Shown here piece after piece: positions 49,775 to 59,411 of a DNA stretch of 64,000 nt. The translations under genes were made by a program, and so were the position numbers. Every line of letters starts with the position of its first letter. Positions within the stretch are counted from its first letter, which is position 1. The notes beneath the pieces were generated by a model. It worked only from the letters and a program-made list of their open reading frames with translations, made no database searches and was not told the origin of the DNA. The stretch is from a virus (lineage: Duplodnaviria; Caudoviricetes): IMG/VR virus record IMGVR_UViG_3300031994_000071, positions 1 through 64,000 of that record; one strand, given 5' to 3'.

Positions 49775-49848
49775 CGCGGGGTAGAGCAGTTGGTAGCACG
49801 CCTGGCTCATAACCAGGACAGTCGCAGGTTCGAGTCCTGCCCCCGCTA
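49775..49848 (+). tRNA. tRNA-Met(CAT) with initiator-like acceptor stem
   Basis: CGCGGGG...CCCCGCTA, loop CTCATAA, anticodon stem CCTGG/CCAGG. Confidence 0.85.
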
Positions 49849-49853
49849 CTAAA

Positions 49854-49936
49854 GCCCTTGTGGCGGAATTGGCAGACGCAACGGACTAAGGATCCGTTTC
49901 CGTAATGGAGTGGGAGTTCGATTCTCCCCGAGGGCA
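49854..49936 (+). tRNA. tRNA-Leu(AAG)
   Basis: Class II cloverleaf with long variable arm; ACGGA-CTAAGGA-TCCGT. Confidence 0.85.
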
Positions 49937-49941
49937 CAAGG

Positions 49942-49972
49942 TTTGCACAGTCAGAAAAAATGACTACCTTTG
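49942..49972 (+). promoter_or_regulatory. Bacteroidota sigmaA promoter (TTTG-19 nt-TACCTTTG)
   Basis: Canonical -33/-7 spacing upstream of the helicase-primase genes. Confidence 0.6.
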
Positions 49973-50091
49973 CAATCCGCGACCTCAGTTTTGGCACGCT
50001 GAGCGAAGAACTTTACCCCACTGAAAGAGAGATGTGCCAACGCCCGGAAACGGGTGCTCTCTGGATGTGGGGTTTTTGTTAAAAACCGCAA

Positions 50092-51564
50092 ATGAAGTAT
50101 CAGCATATAATTGACTATCTTGTCGAAACGGTAGGCCCATCCATCGAGGATGCCGGCCTCAGCGATGAGAGAGTCAACAAGCGCACCGAGGCCGGGCTGT
50201 GCAAGTCCTTCCGCCGGTACGTTTGCGGTGTTGACGGTGACGAGGGATGCGATTACTTCAAGGTGGATGAGGAAGGGATGCTGTACGTCTTCAATGGCAT
50301 GTACTTCGAGTTGATGCTGGAGGAGACGCTGCTGGAGATGATCATCGAGGTGATGGAGAAGAAGAACGTGGGTATTGTGTACCAGACCGGCAGTGCGAAG
50401 ATTGTGCGGGATTACTGCCTCAACCGCCTGAAAGGCGACGAGAGGTGCCGCTTCGTCCCGAATCGCCAGTTCGTATGCTTCAAGAATGGCGTTTTTGACC
50501 TCAAGACAATGAAACTCAATCCGTTTGACGTCAAATACAAGACCGACATCATCCTGGATTTCGATTACCTGGCAGGAGTGCGATCGGCCCTCTGGGATAA
50601 GGTCCTCGGAATGACCATCCCGGACGAGAACATGCGCGAGACCTTCCATCAGTATTGCGGGTGCTTCCTTGCGAACCGCAACGAGTACAAGATTGAGTAC
50701 ATTACCTTTGTGGTTGGTGAAGGCCAGAACGGTAAGAGTATCATCTGCAAGGCCGTGGTGAACATGCTTGGTCACAATGTGGCCAGTTCATACTCACCGG
50801 AGCAATTATTCAAGAGCAGCCAGATGGAATACCACCTGGCAGATGTCAACGGAAAAATAGTCAATTACTGCGATGAGGTCTCAAACAAGGACTTTTCAGG
50901 AGGAGATTTCAAGCAGTTCGTATCTGGCGGCGCCTTTACCGGGCGTCATCCTTATTCTAAGAGGCCGACAAAGGTCGATAAGATTCCACTGATGCTTTGC
51001 TGCGCCAACGCCATTCCTCCGACCACCGACGATACAGAAGGTTACTTCCGCCGCTTCCTCATCATCCTGGCCCCCAACCATATTGACGATAGAGACAAGG
51101 ATCCGATGCTTGAAATGAAACTCCAGGCGCCGGAGGTGAAGTCCGCTATCTTCAACTGGGTCCTGGAAGGGTACAAGAGTTTCGTGGAGAACGGTGGTAA
51201 GATTGATATCGCAGGGTCCGTGAAAGAGGTCGTGGAGGAGATGCGCAATAATGCCAACTCCCTGCGCCGCTGGATTGACTCCATGGGCTACGTTGCGGCC
51301 ACTCCTCCGTCCACCACCGGATACGGCTGGAAGTCCAAGAGAGAGTGGGTACAGGAGTATGTCCGGTACTGCAACGACTGGAACGAGACGCCGAAGAACC
51401 AGAAGAGCCTCATTGACCTGTTCAAGAAAATGGGCGTTGCGAGCCATCGCCGCTCCGATGGCCTCTGGTATTACATGGAGCAGAATTTATCTACCGAGAA
51501 GGAGCCTGCTGAGCAGGATGATGATCTGCCGAAAGCAGATAACGAACCAGATCTTCCCTTTTAA
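50092..51564 (+). CDS. D5-like SF3 helicase (phage/plasmid primase P4 family)
   Basis: FKNGVFDL, Walker A GEGQNGKS, Walker B NYCDE, CANAIP, FRRFLII. Confidence 0.92.
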   Translation: MKYQHIIDYLVETVGPSIEDAGLSDERVNKRTEAGLCKSFRRYVCGVDGDEGCDYFKVDEEGMLYVFNGMYFELMLEETLLEMIIEVMEKKNVGIVYQTGSAKIVRDYCLNRLKGDERCRFVPNRQFVCFKNGVFDLKTMKLNPFDVKYKTDIILDFDYLAGVRSALWDKVLGMTIPDENMRETFHQYCGCFLANRNEYKIEYITFVVGEGQNGKSIICKAVVNMLGHNVASSYSPEQLFKSSQMEYHLADVNGKIVNYCDEVSNKDFSGGDFKQFVSGGAFTGRHPYSKRPTKVDKIPLMLCCANAIPPTTDDTEGYFRRFLIILAPNHIDDRDKDPMLEMKLQAPEVKSAIFNWVLEGYKSFVENGGKIDIAGSVKEVVEEMRNNANSLRRWIDSMGYVAATPPSTTGYGWKSKREWVQEYVRYCNDWNETPKNQKSLIDLFKKMGVASHRRSDGLWYYMEQNLSTEKEPAEQDDDLPKADNEPDLPF

Positions 51565-51566
51565 TC

Positions 51567-52496
51567 ATGAGTAAGGAACATTTTCGCTTTGAGTACGACC
51601 CGGTTGTGGCCTTGAAGAACTGTCCCAAGTTGCTTGGGATGGAACTGACTCAGCATGGGCGTAAATTGGAGGGCGGTTACTACCTCAACGGTGACAGGCA
51701 TCAGTGGCGCAAGGACAAACTCAAAATCTTCATCAGCCAGGGTACTGTCTGGCTTTCCGAGGAGGGCGGTCCTTCCATGAGCCTCCAGACATGGCTCATC
51801 AACTACGGCGGTGCCGCCGATTACAAGGAGGCCATCAGCATGATCAACGGCCAGAAGCAGTCCATTACCTACAACCGCGAGGTCCGGCAGAAGGATGAGG
51901 TGGCCGTGAAGTATGTTCCGAGGGAGGCCGTTGATGGGGCCGCGAACTACGACTTGAGGAAATGTTCCCTCTTCAACTGGATGTGTACCTTGTTTCCTGA
52001 GGAGAAGGTGCGCGAGGTGTGGAAGGAGTACAATGTGACCACCGATTCCCACGGGAACGTGGTGTATTGGTACGTCAATCAGCAGAACAAGGTCCTTTTT
52101 GACAAGCGCATCTTCTACAAGGATGACGGGCACCGTGACAAGACATTCTTCCCAGGGCGGCAGTACAGGGTCCGTGACGGATACTCTGAACACTGCTTAT
52201 TCGGTGACTGCATTCCGGATGACGGAAAGAGGGCCTTTGTCTGCGAGTCCGAGAAAACGGCGCTTCTGGGCCGGTTGTACTATGGGCGCCGGTTCCTTGC
52301 CACCGGCGGCAAGTCGAATATCCGTGACGTGAAGGAGGGCGTGCTGCTGTTGCCGGATATGGACGCCAGGGATAAGTGGGCACAGAGGGGAGAAGTATGG
52401 CCATGGTGGGAGAAGTGGGGTTTGCCGATTGAGCAGATACCCGACCATTCGGATATTGGAGACATGATAGTATGGAAACAATCAAACCACAAGTGA
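51567..52496 (+). CDS. TOPRIM-like primase (DUF6371-like)
   Basis: CLFG...VCESEKTA...LATGG...LLPDMD...DIGD. Confidence 0.75.
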   Translation: MSKEHFRFEYDPVVALKNCPKLLGMELTQHGRKLEGGYYLNGDRHQWRKDKLKIFISQGTVWLSEEGGPSMSLQTWLINYGGAADYKEAISMINGQKQSITYNREVRQKDEVAVKYVPREAVDGAANYDLRKCSLFNWMCTLFPEEKVREVWKEYNVTTDSHGNVVYWYVNQQNKVLFDKRIFYKDDGHRDKTFFPGRQYRVRDGYSEHCLFGDCIPDDGKRAFVCESEKTALLGRLYYGRRFLATGGKSNIRDVKEGVLLLPDMDARDKWAQRGEVWPWWEKWGLPIEQIPDHSDIGDMIVWKQSNHK

Positions 52497-52497
52497 T

Positions 52498-52992
52498 ATG
52501 AAAAAGATTTGGTCAAAAATTCAAATGTTCTGGTTCTTCCATTTCGCAAACCCGGTTGTTTGGATGGGAGAAAACGTCGGCTTCAAGTACACCTTCAGTA
52601 AGTTCTGGCTGGACATTTCCACGAAATCCGGCAACTGGAAGATGCGTGTGATGGCCGATGAGCACCCATACGCGTACCTGCTTGCTGGAGTGCAGCAGGG
52701 AAACGAAAAAAACGTTTTCGGCTTCGCCGAAACGTTGTACATGCAGGTCTTCACCCTCACCCGTGATCAGGGCCTCGTGAACGACGTCCAGAAGGCCATC
52801 AAGAAGTACCAGGCCCGGCTCGTTAAGTCGAATCCGGCTTCGCCGGACGAGGAGCGGGAGGCTCTTGAGGAAGTAAAGGCCGTCCAGGAATACGTGGACG
52901 CAACGCCGAAGGAGCGCAGGAAGATGGAGCGCGGCATCAATCGCCGCTTCAAAAAGGCCGTTAAGGCACAGAATTTGCAGGAGACAAAGTAA
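52498..52992 (+). CDS. hypothetical protein
   Basis: ORF in replication operon. Confidence 0.75.
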   Translation: MKKIWSKIQMFWFFHFANPVVWMGENVGFKYTFSKFWLDISTKSGNWKMRVMADEHPYAYLLAGVQQGNEKNVFGFAETLYMQVFTLTRDQGLVNDVQKAIKKYQARLVKSNPASPDEEREALEEVKAVQEYVDATPKERRKMERGINRRFKKAVKAQNLQETK

Positions 52993-53004
52993 AAATTTCG
53001 CGTT

Positions 53005-53613
53005 ATGGAAGAAGGAATTTATTACAAGAGAGGCTCCAAGTCAGATTTCGCTGGCGTGGAGATTCTTGGGGACGCAATGGTAATCCCCAGGGCGATTATC
53101 GAAGAGATTGCTTTCCATGAGAACTTGAAGGTCCAGGGAAAGAACGAACGTGAGCGCTGGACGTGCAAACTCCAGGGCATCGACAAGCCCATGCTGCTCA
53201 ATGCCACGAACCGTAAGAGGCTTGCAAAGCGCTTCTGGGATACTCCCGTGGCGGACGGCACTCCGTGCCATGGCCGTCTGAATCTGCTGAGCGGCCTCGG
53301 CCTGGCTATCCGTCTGGATTCCGAGCCTTGCCGCGATCCGAGTGACGGTGAAATGACTGTCGGTCTTCGTGTGTCGAAGTTCGACCCGGACCCCGCTCCC
53401 GCTGCACCGGCCCCTGCGGCCAAGAAGGTCATCACCGAGGAGGTGATTGAGAAGACCGTGAAGTGGGCCAAGGAGAAGGGCCTTACCTTTGAACAGGTGG
53501 CCGAGAAGTTCGATTTCGCCAACGAGACCGTAAAGGATGCCGTGCAGGATGCCATGACTCCCGAACCCCAGGCGCCTGCCGAGGAAAAGAAAGAGGACGA
53601 TTTACCCGTATAA
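53005..53613 (+). CDS. putative ssDNA-binding/annealing partner of the exonuclease
   Basis: KPMLLNATN motif, acidic DDLPV tail, adjacent to YqaJ-like gene. Confidence 0.5.
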   Translation: MEEGIYYKRGSKSDFAGVEILGDAMVIPRAIIEEIAFHENLKVQGKNERERWTCKLQGIDKPMLLNATNRKRLAKRFWDTPVADGTPCHGRLNLLSGLGLAIRLDSEPCRDPSDGEMTVGLRVSKFDPDPAPAAPAPAAKKVITEEVIEKTVKWAKEKGLTFEQVAEKFDFANETVKDAVQDAMTPEPQAPAEEKKEDDLPV

Positions 53614-53616
53614 CCT

Positions 53617-54375
53617 ATGGATAAGGAATTTGAATGGAAGCAGAAGCGGTGCGGAATGATTACCGCTTCCGAACTTGGCTCAATCACGAGCAAAAGTGGA
53701 AAGATTATTGACGGATGCCTGTCTTACATCCGCTCCAAGCGCTTCGAGCGCAAGCATGGCTACACTCTGCCGGTTTCGGCGAAGACCATGGATATCGGCA
53801 ACGAGCAGGAGCCGTATATCTATCAGTGGGCCGTTGCGAACCTCGGCCTTCCCGGCCTGATTTACTCCAAGGACCTCGAAGAGATTCCTTTCTGGGTTGC
53901 TCCGGACTGCCCCATGGGCGCATCACCGGATTCTTATACTCCGGACGAGCGCATTGTGGTTGAGTTCAAGTGCCTGGTGGGAAACACTGCCACCGAGTTC
54001 TTTGATGATGACTATACGTCCTATCTTGAGAAGAAGGAGGCGGTATGGGACGACCATGGCCCACAGATACTCGGCCAGTTCATTTCCCGTCCCTCTGTTG
54101 AGGAAATTTGGCTCGTGAAGTACATCTATCAGAACGATGACATCATCGAGGATAACGACGATCCGAACGAGCATTGGCGTGGCACCGTATTCAAGTTCGC
54201 CAGGAAGGACTACGTGGAGTCCATTAAGGCTATGAAGGAGCGCATCCGTCTGTTTGACGCGATGATTGACGCCAAGATCAATCCTTCCGAGTTCAAGGTT
54301 GGCGAGTGGTCTGTTATTGACGGTGAGTTGAAGCAGAGCATCGTCGAGAAGCCTGAAAAACCGAAGAAGAAATGA
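53617..54375 (+). CDS. YqaJ/lambda-exonuclease family recombinase nuclease
   Basis: ITASELG, GNEQEP, GASPD, EFKC, QILGQ. Confidence 0.88.
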   Translation: MDKEFEWKQKRCGMITASELGSITSKSGKIIDGCLSYIRSKRFERKHGYTLPVSAKTMDIGNEQEPYIYQWAVANLGLPGLIYSKDLEEIPFWVAPDCPMGASPDSYTPDERIVVEFKCLVGNTATEFFDDDYTSYLEKKEAVWDDHGPQILGQFISRPSVEEIWLVKYIYQNDDIIEDNDDPNEHWRGTVFKFARKDYVESIKAMKERIRLFDAMIDAKINPSEFKVGEWSVIDGELKQSIVEKPEKPKKK

Positions 54376-56072
54376 GTACCCCTTGGACAGTAGAAGAACT
54401 GCTCGATCTTGATGCGAATTACATCCGTGTCAATGACGTAAGGGCCGTTAAACTCCGTGAAATCCGTGATGGCGTTTATCGCGCCATCCGGATGCCCGGA
54501 TGTTCGCTTGGCGATTATTTCCGTGTCCTATCTTGGGCGCATGACAAAGGATATGATGTGATATGAGACAGTTGCTGAACAGAACTTCCGCGCCTACTGT
54601 GGTGCGCTTTTTTGACGTATGCTTCAAGCAGGGCGTTATTGATGCCTGCGTATTCGCAGACGATTACGGCGCACAGGAGTTTCTGAAACAGCATCGTGAA
54701 AAATGGGACTTCGGCGTCCTTGGCGAGCCAGACGATTACGACTGGGAGATGTGGCGGTTTACACTGTACAGGTGGGCACGGCAGCATCACTACATGAAGT
54801 TCTCGTCCGACTTCATTTATCGCATCGTAAACAAGACGTACCTTTGGTATTTCCTGCCGTATTGTATGCAGTTCTACCTGATGGGTATAGAGGAGTGGCT
54901 TGAGTACCCGAATCCCGTCAAGATGGAGATTTTCAAGGGTGAAAACCGTATCCATTGGAAGCCGGTGGAGCGGCATCTTCGGAAGATAACCACGGATGAC
55001 ACCATCTCGTACATGCAGGAGTTCTGTTACAACTTCCGCAGAAGTCCGCTCTCCGAGGGCGACGATAGGGTTATGAATCCGAACGCCCTGGACGCCTTCT
55101 GTCAGGCCATTCACGATTTAACAAGGAAGTATGACACGAGGAAAAGGCTACGAATTAAGGAGTTCGCCAAAAAAGACCTTTAAGCCCCAGCACGATTTCC
55201 CTGGCGATCCGTGGCTTGATTATATCCTGCTGCCATACGGTGCCTTCTATGAGAAGACGAGGGTTTTCCTGGAGGCGAAGAACGGTGACGTGATGCAGTT
55301 CTCGGATGGGCCTGAGGTGCTGATTGACTCAGTGACCTTGGTGGAGGGCGAAAGGATGTGTGACGTATTGTGCCGGATTAGGTACGGAGTGAAATTTAAG
55401 GTTGCCTTCAACCAATGGCTGAGATACGCGAGGATTGAAGGCCATGGTAAGGATATTTTGGTTCCAGATAAGTGCATAATGGTTGTGTATGGCAAAAAGA
55501 AGTGAAGAATGGAAGAGACGCAGGGCCGACGTGTTGCCAGGGCGTCTTGATTGGGCAAAGAAGCGGTTTGCGCAGGCCGGGATTCCTCTTGTGAAGGAAA
55601 GCGACATGGCGCTGATTGTAAGGGTGCGGTGTCACAATGTAACGTACTATCCGTTTACGGGCTGGTTCTTTGGCAAGGGCATCAAGGATGGTCGTGGCCT
55701 CGAAAATCTGATTAAGCAATGCCAAGCAGGAGATCATCAGTAAAGCAGGCACCCGCCGTGGTGCCGCCGACGTATTACAGGATCCAAGCGAAGTTCGCTC
55801 CGGACATCTTCTTCCCGTCCAATGCTCTGGAGGATAGGTTCTGGAAGCGGTCTGGCAACGAGAACGTGCGGTTTACGACCTTGGACGATAAGAACTGCAT
55901 TCCGAAATTCATAAGAACAACCAACAACCGGGATGGAGAATACGATAGTGATTTTGACAATTTTTGTCAACGGATGTTCGGCCTGCCGTTCGTGAACATC
56001 AAATCAATGTGGATATCACGTTTGGGGAAGGTGGATTACTATTGGCATTGGGTGAAACTTGTTGAGGAATAA
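54372..56072 (+). other. hypothetical ORFs (54372-54566, 54563-55183, 55131-55505, 55489-55743, 55719-56072)
   Basis: Coupled ORFs. Confidence 0.72.
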
Positions 56073-57559
56073 TGGAATTACGAGACTATCAGAAGGAAAG
56101 TGTTGACGAACTGCGGGTTGCTCTCAGGAGTTACCGGCATGTAATCTTTCAGTTACCCACCGGAGGAGGGAAGGGTGTCGTGATTGGTGCCGTATCGTCC
56201 ATGGCGCTGAGCAAGGGGAATCGCATCCTTATCCTTGCCCACAGTGAGGAAATCATAAAGCAGGATGCCGCCCACTGCGGAAGATGGGGTGCCGAAACGG
56301 CTGTTGTGTTGTCCAAGACAAAGAAGGCCCCCGGTGCGCCATGCGTGTGTATGATGGCCCAGACGGCCCGGCAGCGCGTGAAGAAGGATGACTGGCTGCG
56401 GTGGTTCCGTGGTTTCAAGATGATCATTCTGGATGAGTGCCACAGGGCTGAATTTGACTTTGTTTTTGATATCGTGTTGTCAGAAACATACGTAATCGGC
56501 CTGTCGGCCTCACCGGCCAGATATGGGAGCCAGCGTCAACTCGGCTTGGACTATGAGGCCATCGTTACCGGCCCGACAGTGCAAAATCTGATAGATCTTG
56601 GCTTCCTTTGTAAATGCCGCCTCTTCTCGCTTGATGCCCCGAGGATGGATGATGTCGAGTGGTCCGCTGGCCGTGGCGACTACAATCTGAGCCAGATGGC
56701 CGACAAGTTCAAATCACAGGCCAGGTATGTCGGCGCCGTGGAAAACTACCAGCGCATCTGTCCGGGCGAGAAGTGTCTGGTGTTCTGCTGTTCCTCCGAG
56801 CAGACTATCCAGGTGACAAAGGCATTCTGTGAGGCCGGGATTGATGCCAGGTATTGCTTGTCGGGAGACTTTGATGAGGATGAGGAGTACAGCGGCGAGC
56901 GTAAGGACGTCATAGATGGGTTTGCGCGTGGCGATTTTCCGGTCCTGGTCAACTTTGGCCTGTTTACTACCGGCCTGGACATACCGGATATCAAAGTCGT
57001 GATGCTCATGTTTTCCACTACCTCCCTCGTCAAGTACCTCCAGTGCCTTGGTCGTGCCAGCCGTCCTGCTCCTGGGAAGAACGGTGAGTTTATCTGCATG
57101 GACTTCGGCTTGAATTTCGAGCGCCTTGGCCGATACGAGGATGACAGGGAGTGGGGCGTGTGGCATAAGCCAGGGGCCGGTGGCGGAGTGGCGCCAACGA
57201 AGATATGCCCGCAGTGCCAGAAGATGATTGCGGTTCAGTATTCGGACTGCCCATTCTGCGGCTACCACTTCCCCACGAAGCAGGAGACTTTCCGGGCCGA
57301 GTTGCAGGAGATTGTTGACAAGAGGAATTACGATCGAAAGCAGACCGTGGAAGAGTATGTGGCCCAGATGAAGTTGCAGGGGAAGAATACGAACTGGATT
57401 CTTGTGCAGGTCTGCATACTGAACAGCAAGGAGAAGAAGGCCGCATTCCAGAGGGCCGCAAAGGTCCTGGGATTGAATCCCAAATACTACTACTTTTTCA
57501 GCAAGAATATATTAAGCAAGGTGAAAATCACCGAAGATTCAGATCCAAAATTATTGTAA
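56072..57559 (+). CDS. SF2 DEAD/DEAH-box helicase with C-terminal zinc finger
   Basis: LRDYQ, PTGGGKG, DECH, SAS, GLDIPD, QCLGRASR, CPQC...CPFC. Confidence 0.95.
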   Translation: MELRDYQKESVDELRVALRSYRHVIFQLPTGGGKGVVIGAVSSMALSKGNRILILAHSEEIIKQDAAHCGRWGAETAVVLSKTKKAPGAPCVCMMAQTARQRVKKDDWLRWFRGFKMIILDECHRAEFDFVFDIVLSETYVIGLSASPARYGSQRQLGLDYEAIVTGPTVQNLIDLGFLCKCRLFSLDAPRMDDVEWSAGRGDYNLSQMADKFKSQARYVGAVENYQRICPGEKCLVFCCSSEQTIQVTKAFCEAGIDARYCLSGDFDEDEEYSGERKDVIDGFARGDFPVLVNFGLFTTGLDIPDIKVVMLMFSTTSLVKYLQCLGRASRPAPGKNGEFICMDFGLNFERLGRYEDDREWGVWHKPGAGGGVAPTKICPQCQKMIAVQYSDCPFCGYHFPTKQETFRAELQEIVDKRNYDRKQTVEEYVAQMKLQGKNTNWILVQVCILNSKEKKAAFQRAAKVLGLNPKYYYFFSKNILSKVKITEDSDPKLL

Positions 57560-57560
57560 T

Positions 57561-57890
57561 ATGGTAGTTCATGAAAACACATGGCCATGGGGCCAAAGTC
57601 TTGATTTCATAGCCGATGGCGGACATGGCTGTGTATCAGTATCGTTTGAAAAATCGAATCCTGGAGTTGCGTATATTTCTGGACTCAGCGTGATTCCACA
57701 GTACAGAAGGAACGGCATCGCCACGAGGCTTTTGGAGCGTTGTGAGGACGAGTGTAAAAGTCGTGGAATTTTCCGGATAGACCTCAACTCGGTCATGGAG
57801 CCTTTCGTTGTATCGTTCTATGAAAAGCATGGCTTCACGAGGATTCGCGAGCAGGATGACATGATTCTTATGTACAAAATCATAAGGTAA
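57561..57890 (+). CDS. GNAT-family acetyltransferase
   Basis: LSVIPQYRRNGIATRLL...FYEKHGF. Confidence 0.92.
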   Translation: MVVHENTWPWGQSLDFIADGGHGCVSVSFEKSNPGVAYISGLSVIPQYRRNGIATRLLERCEDECKSRGIFRIDLNSVMEPFVVSFYEKHGFTRIREQDDMILMYKIIR

Positions 57891-58294
57891 TGGCAACGAC
57901 ACCGACACCGCCGAATCCGTACAATAAGAGGCACCGGCAGGCGCCAGAAATGATAATCCAGGCCGCTTGCGTCAAGGCGGCTTGGAATGATTTTCCCGAG
58001 ACCAGGAACCTCCTGTTTCATGTCGCAAACGAGATGGACGATGGCGGAAGCGGCTACCTGGGTGCCAGGCGTCGTGCGGAAGGCATCGTCAGGGGCGTTT
58101 CCGACCTCATCCTGCTCATTCCTCGCGGTGGATATCACGGTCTCTGTATCGAATTGAAGACGGATACCGGCTATCAGTCACCATACCAAAAGGCTTGGGA
58201 GGCTGCTGTTAAAGCACAGGGGTACATGTATGTTGTTGTGCGGTCCGAAGAGGAATTTCGCAGGGTGTTAAGGGATTATCTCAGTAAAAAGTAG
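57890..58294 (+). CDS. VRR-NUC domain nuclease
   Basis: GVSDLIL...CIELKT...QSPYQKAW. Confidence 0.9.
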   Translation: MATTPTPPNPYNKRHRQAPEMIIQAACVKAAWNDFPETRNLLFHVANEMDDGGSGYLGARRRAEGIVRGVSDLILLIPRGGYHGLCIELKTDTGYQSPYQKAWEAAVKAQGYMYVVVRSEEEFRRVLRDYLSKK

Positions 58295-58309
58295 TATCTT
58301 TGTCGCACT

Positions 58310-58936
58310 ATGGCTAAAGGAATGATACCGTTAAGGCCGGAGAACTATGCTGCAACCGGCCTCACCCAAGAAGAACAGACGTGCTTAACCTGGCACGTTA
58401 TTTCTGGCTGTACGCGCAGGGATGCTTTCATCGCCTTCGCCCGTCCAGACATGCTCAACTCCAGAGCGCAGGCTGCTATTGACGAGTATGTCCGTCAGTT
58501 CTTCGCCAGGAAGGAGGTAAAGGAATACCTGGTGGCCTACCAGACCACGCTGGATAATTTCCTGAACCCAGCCAAGGACTTGAAGCCGTTTGCCCCAGAG
58601 TTATCCCTGGAGGAGAGGAAGGCGAAGTCCAAGGAAAAACTCACCGAATTCTCCATGTCCCTTATCCAGAACATCGACCAGGCAAAGGACCCTGAGATGG
58701 TCATGAAGTTGGCCGATAAAATCGGACTACTGGACATTGACGAGAAGGCGCCGGAGGAACCTCGCCGGTATCTTCCCGTCTCCTGCGGCCAGTGTGCATA
58801 CCGTCAATTCTGCGAGGAAAATACGGAGGACATGTGCAAATTCTGTAAATATCACCATGAATGCGAGCAGCATGGCATACATTTTGATAAAGAAGAGATG
58901 TTAGACATTCAAATAAAAACCGAAGATGAAAAATGA
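58310..58936 (+). CDS. hypothetical protein with Cys-rich C-terminus (possible small terminase-like)
   Basis: CGQC...CKFC; TATCTTTG -7 box at 58295-58302. Confidence 0.6.
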   Translation: MAKGMIPLRPENYAATGLTQEEQTCLTWHVISGCTRRDAFIAFARPDMLNSRAQAAIDEYVRQFFARKEVKEYLVAYQTTLDNFLNPAKDLKPFAPELSLEERKAKSKEKLTEFSMSLIQNIDQAKDPEMVMKLADKIGLLDIDEKAPEEPRRYLPVSCGQCAYRQFCEENTEDMCKFCKYHHECEQHGIHFDKEEMLDIQIKTEDEK

Positions 58937-59279
58937 AGTAACAGGGCGAATTACCCAAGTCCTCCCGCTTGAACGGGGAACGAGTCAGCGTGGAGAATGG
59001 CTCTCCGCAAAAGTTGTAATCGAGTATGAGTCTGGGCGCTATAACAGCACTTTGTGCCTTGAGTGCCGCAACAACCGTGCCGAGGAATTCTCGAAACTCC
59101 GCGCTGGTCAGAAGGGTACCTTCTACTACGATGTGACGAGCCGTGAATACAACGGAAAGTGGTATCACAACGTGAACTGCTTCGACTGGAAGATTGAGGG
59201 CGCTGCCGCTCCTGCACCTGCTCCCGCTCCGGCGCCTGGCAACAACGGTGCCGCATCCACTGACGGCGATCCGTTCTAA
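58926..59279 (+). CDS. DUF3127-like OB-fold ssDNA-binding protein
   Basis: GRITQVLPLERG...SREYNGKWY...DGDPF. Confidence 0.8.
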   Translation: MKNEVTGRITQVLPLERGTSQRGEWLSAKVVIEYESGRYNSTLCLECRNNRAEEFSKLRAGQKGTFYYDVTSREYNGKWYHNVNCFDWKIEGAAAPAPAPAPAPGNNGAASTDGDPF

Positions 59280-59298
59280 ACGTTCTAAAACCTTGCTT

Positions 59299-59333
59299 GC
59301 GTGTCATTCTTTTTGGAATGGCACGCTTTTTGC
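59299..59333 (+). terminator. intrinsic terminator whose 3' arm is a sigma54 box (59319-59333)
   Basis: GCGTGTCATTC-TTTTTG-GAATGGCACGC then TTTTT; contains TGGCAC-GCTTT-TTGC. Confidence 0.65.
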
Positions 59334-59379
59334 TTATATTTGTATCGGATTTTCTAAAATGGTTATAGAATTAGGAATG

Positions 59380-59409
59380 AAAAAGGGCCGCTGTGAAGCG
59401 CCCCTTTTT
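59380..59409. terminator. bidirectional intrinsic terminator
   Basis: AAAAAGGGCCGCT-GTGA-AGCGCCCCTTTTT between convergent units. Confidence 0.8.
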
Positions 59410-59411
59410 CT

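Noticed and set aside
49932-49946. Additional sigma54-like box GGGCAC-AAGGT-TTGC
   Set aside because: The first half is the tRNA-Leu acceptor end and the second half is the -33 TTTG of a canonical sigmaA promoter, so it is explained without sigma54
50925-50945. GAFTG string (SGGAFTGRHPY) in the SF3 helicase, resembling the sigma54 activator GAFTGA loop
   Set aside because: It lies after Walker B at the normal SF3 motif B' position, whereas the bEBP loop precedes Walker B; the rest of the protein is a D5-like helicase. Judged a coincidence.
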